From: an uncultured Acidiferrobacteraceae bacterium
Lineage (GTDB): Bacteria; Pseudomonadota; Gammaproteobacteria; Arenicellales; UBA868
Assembly (NCBI GenBank): GCA_913062915.1
Contig: CAJXWH010000001.1
Location: 1 to 53,585 of the forward strand
DNA: 53,585 nt
Reading direction: 5' to 3'
Both the position numbers and the translations under genes were made by a program. How positions within the stretch are numbered: position 1 is the first letter of the stretch; each line of letters begins with the position of its first letter. Below the pieces are notes generated by a model. It saw only the letters and a list, made by a program, of their open reading frames with translations, searched no databases and was not told the DNA's origin. Shown here in pieces: positions 46,741 to 53,585 of the stretch.

Positions 46741-48045
46741 CTAGTCAACTACCGCCGTATCAAGCGGTTCTTCCTCGGGACTCGAATCCAGCCCAAAGGC
46801 CTTGTGCAGCGCCCTTACCGCAAGCTCCAGATACTTGTCCGCAATTCCCACCGAGATCTTGATCTCCGAAGTAGAAATCAGTTCGATGTTGATTCCGTTC
46901 TTGGCCAACACTTCGAACATCGTTGAGGCGATCCCGGCATGCGACCGCATACCCACACCAACGATTGAAATCTTAGCCAGGTTGGTGTCACCGACCACAT
47001 CGCGCGCGCCCAGTTCCGCTGCGACCCGATCCAGCAAGGCCCTCGCTTTCTCGTACTCGTCCCGCTTGACCGTAAAGGTGAGATCGGTGCTCTCATCCCG
47101 CCCGACATTTTGAATAATCATGTCGACATTGATGTGCGCCTCGGAAATCGGGCCGAAGATGCGTGAAGCCACGCCGGGTTCATCAGGCACGCCCCGTATC
47201 GTCAACTTCGCTTCGTCACCGTTATAAGCGATGCCTGCAATCAATGGCTGTTCCATGTCTTTTGCCTCATGGGTAATCAGTGTGCCGGGGCCATCAGTAA
47301 ACGACGAAAGGACTCGCAAAGGCACCCCGTACTTGCCTGCGAATTCGACGGAACGCGTCTGTAACACCTTGGTGCCCAGACTCGAGAGTTCCAACATTTC
47401 TTCGACCGTGATCCGCTCAAGCCGTCGTGCCGCAGGTACGATGCGGGGATCGGCTGTATAGACACCATCCACATCCGTATAAATTCGACATTCATCCGCC
47501 CGCAGCGCTGCAGCCATCGCTACGGCCGTCGTATCCGAACCGCCTCGACCCAAAGTAGTGATGTTGCCGTCGGGATCAACCCCCTGAAAGCCCGCAATTA
47601 CGACCACGTGCCCGGCATCGAGATCCGCGCGAACTCGGGTTGGATCAATGTCCAGGATGCGCGCCTTGCCATGCACCGGGTCGGTCCGAATTGGTACCTG
47701 GCTTCCAGTATACGAAAGCGCCTCGACGCTTTGTCGCTGCAAAGCGAGCACAAGCAACGCTACGGTGACCTGCTCACCCGTTGCCAAGAGCGCATCGATC
47801 TCGCGTCCCGTTGCCTTTGTCTGTGCTGCATTGTGTCCCGCGTGGCCAGCTGTTGCCGAACCAGTGTGTGACTCGATTTCCTGCGCAAGGCTGAGCAGCC
47901 GATCGGTCTCACCCGCCATGGCGGAGACCACGACCACCACATCGTTACCGGATCGACGGGATCGAGCCACGCGATCGGCAACCGCGTGAATCCGCTCTAC
48001 GGTACCGACCGAAGTGCCTCCGAATTTCTCAACAAAAAGAGCCAT
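46741..48045 (-). CDS. lysC: Aspartate kinase
   Basis: MALFVEKFGGTSVG N-terminus. Kinase domain plus two C-terminal ACT domains. It has the Pseudomonas-like position between alaS and csrA. Confidence 0.95.
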   Translation of the reverse strand: MALFVEKFGGTSVGTVERIHAVADRVARSRRSGNDVVVVVSAMAGETDRLLSLAQEIESHTGSATAGHAGHNAAQTKATGREIDALLATGEQVTVALLVLALQRQSVEALSYTGSQVPIRTDPVHGKARILDIDPTRVRADLDAGHVVVIAGFQGVDPDGNITTLGRGGSDTTAVAMAAALRADECRIYTDVDGVYTADPRIVPAARRLERITVEEMLELSSLGTKVLQTRSVEFAGKYGVPLRVLSSFTDGPGTLITHEAKDMEQPLIAGIAYNGDEAKLTIRGVPDEPGVASRIFGPISEAHINVDMIIQNVGRDESTDLTFTVKRDEYEKARALLDRVAAELGARDVVGDTNLAKISIVGVGMRSHAGIASTMFEVLAKNGINIELISTSEIKISVGIADKYLELAVRALHKAFGLDSSPEEEPLDTAVVD

Positions 48046-48116
48046 TGTGTGTCTGTGTGTCGCCCCAGGCAGGGGCGCGCATTAAACCGGTTTTGGCTTG
48101 CGGGGTAAAGCCCGGC

Positions 48117-50717
48117 TCAGGCTTGCTGATCGCTGACCCATTGGGTCACGGCGGCGAGGGCATCGTCGAGGCATTCGACATTCGAGCCGCCGCCCTGCGC
48201 CGTCTCGGCCTTGCCGCCCCCCCGGCCACCCACCATCGGCGCGAGATGAGAGATCAACTGGCCGGCGGAATACGTTTTCGCAAGAGAAGGCGTCACCCCC
48301 GCCAATAGCGTCACCTTGCTCTCTCGTACCCCCCCGATCACAACGATGCCCGAGCTGATGCGGTCTCGGAGTGTATCGAGCAGGACCCGTAACGTGCCGA
48401 CATCGACTCCATCTTTGCGAACGACCATTACCTGGACGCCGCCCACCTCTTCTGTCTGCGGCGACTCCGCGGCTCCACCGCCTGCTGCGAGTTGCGCCTG
48501 AAGGTCATCGATCTTTCGCTCTAATTCCCGCGTCCTGATCTGCATCTGCCTCGCTTTGGACTCAATTTCGCCCACGCTGGTTCGATAGACCGCAGCGACA
48601 CGGCTGAGCACAGTGCTTTCCTCGGCGACACGACGGCGGGCACTCTCTCCCGTCAGCGCTTCAATGCGGCGCACACCGGCGGCAATTCCCGATTCTGACA
48701 CCACGCGAAAGGCTCCAATGTCACCGGTTCGCTTTACATGGGTTCCACCACAGAGCTCCAGTGAATAGTCTCCCATGCCAACGACACGAACGACATCATC
48801 GTACTTCTCACCGAAAAGTGCAGCAGCCCCCGCAGTTCTGGCCTCGTCAATGTTCATCCTTCGGGTAACGACCTCGCGATTGGATCGGATCTCCTCATTG
48901 ACCCGTCTCTCGACATCGTCCAGCAGGGTTGCATCGACCGCCTCGCCATGGGAAAAATCAAAACGCAACCGGTTCGGCTCGACCAGGGAACCTTTTTGCT
49001 CGACGTGGGTGCCGACGATTTCGCGCAGCGCCGAGTGCAACAAATGCGTCGCAGAGTGATTGTTGGCTGTCGCGCTGCGTGCAACGGAGTCGACCGCGGT
49101 ATGAACCCGGTCGCCCACGTGAAACACCCCTTCGCGCAAAGTGCCCACGTGTGCAATCACTTTGTGTGCCAGATATCGAGTGTCGGTAACTTCAAATACC
49201 AATCCATCGGCTTCCATCCGGCCCCGGTCCCCCACCTGTCCGCCCGACTCGGCATAGAAAGGCGTTCTATCGAGAATCACGAATCCGTCCTCGCCGGGAC
49301 TCAAAGCATCAACCTCTTCACTGTCGCGCAAAAGGGCAAGCACCTGACCGCTAGACTCGTGTACTTCATACCCTAGAAACGCGGTTGAGTCCTCGATGCT
49401 GACTCCGGTGATCTCTCCCATCTGGAACTGACTTGCGGCGCGGGCGCGCTCGCGCTGATCGTTCATAGCGCGATCAAAACCCGACATATCGAGTGTCAAA
49501 CCATGCTCACGGGCAACATCGGCAGTCAGGTCTGCCGGAAAACCGTAGGTGTCATACAGACGAAATACCGTCTCACCGGGGATGACCGACCCCACCAGGC
49601 CCGAGATCTCCTGATCGAGCATACGAATGCCCTGATCCAGGGTATCGAGAAATCGTTCTCCTTCCTGCGTCAATGCGCGCTCGACGCGCCCCTTTTCTTG
49701 GGCAATCTCCGGATAAGCCTCCCCCATCTGCTCGACCAGTGGATCAACCAGGCGATGCAGGAATGGTTCTCTCTGCCCAAGCTGGTAACCATGCCGAATT
49801 GCGCGTCGAATAATCCGGCGCAACACGTACCCCCGGCCCTCGTTCGACGGTGTTACCCCGTCGGCGATCAGAAAAGAGGTGGAACGGATATGGTCGGCGA
49901 TCACTTTTAGCGACTGATTGGTCAAATCATCCGTTTCCAGGACATTCGCCGTTGCTTCAATCAATGCCGTGAACAGATCGATCTCGTAATTGCTGTGCAC
50001 ACCCTGCAGCACGGCAGCCAGGCGTTCGATCCCCATCCCGGTATCCACCGACGGTTTCGGTAACGGAGTGTCGATGCCGGCGCCATCGCGATTGAACTGC
50101 ATGAACACCAAATTCCAAATTTCGACATAGCGATCCCCATCCGCGTCAGGTGATCCGGGTGGCCCTCCGGACACTGCGGAACCGTGATCGTAGAAAATCT
50201 CGCTGCACGGGCCACATGGCCCAGTGTCCCCCATCGCCCAAAAATTGTCCCTCACACCGGCCCTGGAAAACTGTTCTTTGGGTACACCGATCTCATCTAG
50301 CCAAATGCCGGCCGCCTCGTCATCCTCCTCGAAAACAGTGACCCAGAGTTTGTCCGCCGGCAATCCAAAATCTTCGGTCAATAGTTCCCAGGCATAACCG
50401 ATGGCCTCACGCTTGAAGTAGTCACCAAAACTAAAATTACCGAGCATCTCGAAAAAGGTATGGTGCCGTGCTGTGTAACCGACGTTTTCTAGGTCATTAT
50501 GTTTACCCCCGGCCCGCACGCAGCGCTGGTCGGTAACCGCCCGCGGGCAATCACGCTTGGCCTGCCCCAGAAACACATCTTTGAACTGCACCATCCCGGC
50601 ATTGGTGAATAGCAGTGTTGGATCGCCGTGCGGCACCAGGGAACTGCTCGGCACCACTTGATGACCGTGGCCCTCGAAAAAATCAAGAAATCGAGCTCGG
50701 ATATCACGGGTTTTCAT
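48117..50717 (-). CDS. alaS: Alanine--tRNA ligase
   Basis: 866 aa. FFEGHGH, FTNAGM, and the editing-domain HSATHLLH motif. Confidence 0.97.
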   Translation of the reverse strand: MKTRDIRARFLDFFEGHGHQVVPSSSLVPHGDPTLLFTNAGMVQFKDVFLGQAKRDCPRAVTDQRCVRAGGKHNDLENVGYTARHHTFFEMLGNFSFGDYFKREAIGYAWELLTEDFGLPADKLWVTVFEEDDEAAGIWLDEIGVPKEQFSRAGVRDNFWAMGDTGPCGPCSEIFYDHGSAVSGGPPGSPDADGDRYVEIWNLVFMQFNRDGAGIDTPLPKPSVDTGMGIERLAAVLQGVHSNYEIDLFTALIEATANVLETDDLTNQSLKVIADHIRSTSFLIADGVTPSNEGRGYVLRRIIRRAIRHGYQLGQREPFLHRLVDPLVEQMGEAYPEIAQEKGRVERALTQEGERFLDTLDQGIRMLDQEISGLVGSVIPGETVFRLYDTYGFPADLTADVAREHGLTLDMSGFDRAMNDQRERARAASQFQMGEITGVSIEDSTAFLGYEVHESSGQVLALLRDSEEVDALSPGEDGFVILDRTPFYAESGGQVGDRGRMEADGLVFEVTDTRYLAHKVIAHVGTLREGVFHVGDRVHTAVDSVARSATANNHSATHLLHSALREIVGTHVEQKGSLVEPNRLRFDFSHGEAVDATLLDDVERRVNEEIRSNREVVTRRMNIDEARTAGAAALFGEKYDDVVRVVGMGDYSLELCGGTHVKRTGDIGAFRVVSESGIAAGVRRIEALTGESARRRVAEESTVLSRVAAVYRTSVGEIESKARQMQIRTRELERKIDDLQAQLAAGGGAAESPQTEEVGGVQVMVVRKDGVDVGTLRVLLDTLRDRISSGIVVIGGVRESKVTLLAGVTPSLAKTYSAGQLISHLAPMVGGRGGGKAETAQGGGSNVECLDDALAAVTQWVSDQQA

Positions 50718-50740
50718 GGGTCATCCTGCGCGAAACAGAT

Positions 50741-51217
50741 TTAAGTTTCAGCACCCCTCTCGAAATTGCCGATCGCCTGTCGAATCGCTTCCTGGTCAAA
50801 GCCTCTTCTTTCTAAATATCTGGCCCTGCGTGCCCATTCGGGAAAAGTTTGGGCCGGATGGCTCCCAAACTTTCTTGTCACCTGGTCGGTCACCTGCCGC
50901 TCCCAATCGACCTCGGCTTTCGCGATGGCCTCGCGAGCCAGTTCTTCGGAGACTCCACGATCGCGCAATTCCAAGCCAATACGGTTCGGGCCGTAACCCG
51001 TCTCGGCACGGCTCACGATCAGAGACTTGGCAAACCTTTCGTCCGACAAGAGATCCTGATCCTCAAGCCCCTTTAACAATTCTTCGACCGAGTCATTCTC
51101 GAACCCGCGGCGAACCAATTTACCGCGCAATTCTGCCCGGCTGTGCTCGCGTCTCGCCAGGAGACGCATGGCAGCATTTCGGGCCCGAGTATCCGGGTCC
51201 GGTTCGCGGCCCGACAT
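50741..51217 (-). CDS. recX: RecA regulator RecX
   Basis: 158 aa. Three-helix repeat pattern (LLARREHSRAELRGKL...). Its ATG overlaps the recA TGA (TGATG). Confidence 0.9.
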   Translation of the reverse strand: MSGREPDPDTRARNAAMRLLARREHSRAELRGKLVRRGFENDSVEELLKGLEDQDLLSDERFAKSLIVSRAETGYGPNRIGLELRDRGVSEELAREAIAKAEVDWERQVTDQVTRKFGSHPAQTFPEWARRARYLERRGFDQEAIRQAIGNFERGAET

Positions 51218-52266
51218 CAGACCTCGGCAGTCTCCGCTTCGATGGGGGCTTCCGGTTCGACAAATACGGGTGGCGCCGCGAGACCCATCCGCTCACGCAA
51301 TGTTGCTTCGATTGCGCTGGCCACGTCCTTATGTTCCTTTAGAAATTCACGCACGTTATCCCGGCCCTGGCCGATGCGCTCGCCGTTATACGAATACCAG
51401 GCGCCAGATTTCTCCACCAGGTTGAGTTCTACACCCATGTCGATGATCTCGCCTTCTTTTGAGATCCCTTCGTTGTAGAGAATATCGAATTCGCACTTTT
51501 TGAACGGCGGGGCAACTTTGTTCTTGACCACCTTGACTCGCGTCTGGTTGCCGAGCACTTCGTCCCCTTTCTTGACCGCACCGATTCGGCGAATGTCGAG
51601 CCGGGCCGAAGAATAGAATTTGAGGGCATTGCCTCCCGTCGTGGTCTCGGGATTACCGAACATGACCCCGATCTTTATTCGAATCTGGTTAATGAAGATC
51701 ACCATGGTGTTGGACCGCTTGATGTTGGCGGTCAATTTGCGCAGCGCCTGCGACATCAACCGCGCGTGCAGCCCGACATGGGAGTCGCCCATTTCCCCTT
51801 CGATCTCCGCCTTCGGGGTCAAGGCAGCCACCGAGTCGATTACCACGACATCCAAGGCCGTCGAACGGACCAGCATATCGACAATCTCAAGCGCTTGTTC
51901 GCCCGTGTCCGGCTGGGAAATGAGCAGTTCTTCTACATTCACCCCGAGCTTTTCCGCGTAGCCGGGATCCAGCGCATGCTCGGCGTCGATAAACGCGGCC
52001 GTGCCCCCTGATTTTTGCGCTTCGGACACGACGGACAGCGCCAAAGTCGTCTTTCCGGATGATTCAGGACCATAGATCTCGACAACCCGGCCCCGTGGCA
52101 GTCCGCCAATACCCAAAGCAATATCGAGCCCAAGTGAGCCGGTAGAAATCGCCGGGATGTCGGCACCGATCTCAGCGTCACCCAGGCGCATGACAGACCC
52201 TTTACCGAACTGTCGCTCGATTTGGCTTAGCGCTGCGTCCAGCGCTTTCTGCTTGTTTGTATCCAT
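51217..52266 (-). CDS. recA: Recombinase RecA
   Basis: A start at ATG 52266 gives [29 protein letters not shown]. Walker [10 protein letters not shown]. The 29-aa extension in the ORF track is not RecA-like. Confidence 0.97.
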   Translation of the reverse strand: MDTNKQKALDAALSQIERQFGKGSVMRLGDAEIGADIPAISTGSLGLDIALGIGGLPRGRVVEIYGPESSGKTTLALSVVSEAQKSGGTAAFIDAEHALDPGYAEKLGVNVEELLISQPDTGEQALEIVDMLVRSTALDVVVIDSVAALTPKAEIEGEMGDSHVGLHARLMSQALRKLTANIKRSNTMVIFINQIRIKIGVMFGNPETTTGGNALKFYSSARLDIRRIGAVKKGDEVLGNQTRVKVVKNKVAPPFKKCEFDILYNEGISKEGEIIDMGVELNLVEKSGAWYSYNGERIGQGRDNVREFLKEHKDVASAIEATLRERMGLAAPPVFVEPEAPIEAETAEV

Positions 52267-52431
52267 CGGTTCAATCCTCGATTGCTCATGATCGCTCCCA
52301 TTTTCGACCAACCAGTGTCGCGCCAGATGAGCCTGTCCGACCCGAAGGAGCATACGACAGGCACCCTTATTCGGATCCCATTGAGCCGCCGCCCTCTAAT
52401 GGGCGATTATTTCATAACCGCTACCCGCAGC

Positions 52432-52968
52432 CTAGCGAATACAATCAATTTTCGCTGTGCCTGATCGCACAAGCACCGTATAACGGGCACCTTGCGGCAA
52501 CCGTTCGGACGCTGCAAGAACCAAGTCCCGAGCATGCCAAGTGACCGGGTTAAAGACAAAGTGTTTGGCCGGCCCGGCGTCCCGCGCCAAAGTCACATGC
52601 GCCTTGAAACCGCGCCCATCGGCTCGAAATCCCAAGGCACGAAGTTCGGTCGACAACCGTTGTGCAGCGATGTTGAAAGAGCGCGGTGTTTTTCGCAGTC
52701 CCAGCCAAAGGATGCCCGAGCGCGGCCAGTACCCCACCCGGTCCAGGGTCAATGTCACGGGCTCAAAAACAAACTCCGCCAACCGCGCTTCAAGTGCCCT
52801 TTGCTGCGAAGCATCCACATCGCCTAGAAACCGCAACGTCATGTGTATGTTCTTGGCCGGTACCGTTCGGCCGCTCGCTGCGCGCATCTCGGATCGCGCT
52901 TGAAGCATTGCGAGTTCACGACGAACTTTTGCATCCGGCCACAGTGCAACAAAAAGGCGCCGGGGCAT
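52432..52968 (-). CDS. thpR: RNA 2',3'-cyclic phosphodiesterase (2H family, ThpR/LigT)
   Basis: A start at ATG 52968 gives MPRRLFVALWP. Two HxT/S motifs are present: HMTLRF and HVTLAR. Confidence 0.85.
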   Translation of the reverse strand: MPRRLFVALWPDAKVRRELAMLQARSEMRAASGRTVPAKNIHMTLRFLGDVDASQQRALEARLAEFVFEPVTLTLDRVGYWPRSGILWLGLRKTPRSFNIAAQRLSTELRALGFRADGRGFKAHVTLARDAGPAKHFVFNPVTWHARDLVLAASERLPQGARYTVLVRSGTAKIDCIR

Positions 52969-52982
52969 TTGGCTTGGGTTTT

Positions 52983-53480
52983 CTACTGGGATGAACCCTC
53001 CTCGAGGAACCGGATCAAACCACTCAGCGCCTCGATCACGCTCTGGCGGCGCACCGCCTCTCGATTTCCTGAAAAAACATATTGTTCGCTCCGCTCCATA
53101 CCCGTGCGTGCAATCCAACCCAGCCATACTGTCCCAACGGGCTTGTCGGCACTGCCGCCGTCTGGACCCGCAATCCCCGTAACGGCCAGCGCCAGATCGG
53201 CGGGGCTGTGGGAAAGTGCGCCGCGTGCCATTGCCCGGACCACAGGCTCACTCACAGCGCCAGAACGAGAAATGAGCTCCGGCGGCACCCCAACGAGTTC
53301 CGTTTTCGAAGCATCACTGTAGGTCACAAATCCGCGCTCGTACCAAGCAGAACTGCCAGCCACCGCAGTAAGACTCTGTCCAATCCAACCCCCGGTACAC
53401 GACTCAACGGTCGCGAGTTTGAAATGCTGCGCGGCCAGAACACGACCGACTTCCGCAGACAATTCGGTCAGACTCCCCAT
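52983..53480 (-). CDS. pncC: CinA-family nicotinamide-nucleotide amidohydrolase (PncC domain)
   Basis: 165 aa. ATVESCTGGWI motif. Conserved position upstream of recA. Confidence 0.85.
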   Translation of the reverse strand: MGSLTELSAEVGRVLAAQHFKLATVESCTGGWIGQSLTAVAGSSAWYERGFVTYSDASKTELVGVPPELISRSGAVSEPVVRAMARGALSHSPADLALAVTGIAGPDGGSADKPVGTVWLGWIARTGMERSEQYVFSGNREAVRRQSVIEALSGLIRFLEEGSSQ

Positions 53481-53585
53481 TACTGACTGCTCAAGCCATC
53501 TGCCCCTACGCGGAGCTCATATTTATTCATCGACCGGCAAAAATCGACCCCGGCTCGAACGAAATGCCATTGGATCGACAATTTC

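Noticed and set aside
52267-52431. Searched the region upstream of recA for a LexA SOS box (CTGT-N8-ACAG).
   Set aside because: I found only CTGT-N20-ACAG (cctgtccgacccgaaggagcatacgacagg), which has the wrong spacing. No confident operator can be called by eye.

Overview
This is a 53.6-kb chromosomal segment that looks gammaproteobacterial, judged from synteny and roughly mid-50s % GC by eye. I found no rRNA, CRISPR array, IS/transposase or phage block.

Two housekeeping blocks are clearly recognisable:
- ffh-rpsP-rimM-trmD-rplS-(unknown secreted protein)-xerD, at 19.9-26.5 kb on the minus strand.
- pncC/cinA-thpR-recA-recX-alaS-lysC-csrA-(cupin)-tRNA-Ser-tRNA-Arg, at 45.3-53.5 kb on the minus strand.

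Between and around them lie accessory metabolic and export modules:
1. A long minus-strand gene train (1.4-17.8 kb). It holds beta-ureidopropionase-like, dihydropyrimidinase, LLM oxidoreductase, class-III aminotransferase, non-Pyl MttB-family methyltransferase, an FAD+GcvT dehydrogenase, a DddP-like M24 metallohydrolase, an M19 homologue with a degenerate metal site, a ~550-610-aa protein I cannot assign, a DUF3726-like protein, an Ldh_2 oxidoreductase and an AhpD/CMD protein.
2. A tight five-gene operon (26.6-32.9 kb): glutamine-synthetase-like, Zn-ADH, enolase-superfamily, FAD oxidase, Rieske oxygenase.
3. ybbP-ybbA divergent from tesA, as in E. coli.
4. A HlyD adaptor, an ABC ATPase and two FtsX permeases, followed by an Sfp-type PPTase.
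5. manC plus a PAP2 phosphatase.

The items I rate most worth a second look:
- The unassignable protein pair embedded in the methylamine/betaine-type operon.
- The degenerate M19 and DddP-like M24 pair in the same operon.
- An MttB homologue next to an FAD/GcvT enzyme with no corrinoid protein in the window.
- A xerD gene carrying an in-frame, low-GC, ~240-bp insertion bracketed by a 9-bp direct repeat.

No transcription factor gene is recognisable in the catabolic blocks. All functional calls come from motif reading and remembered family features. No database search was run. The supplied ORF track uses ATG/GTG/TTG starts and the longest ORF, so I trimmed several starts by hand.
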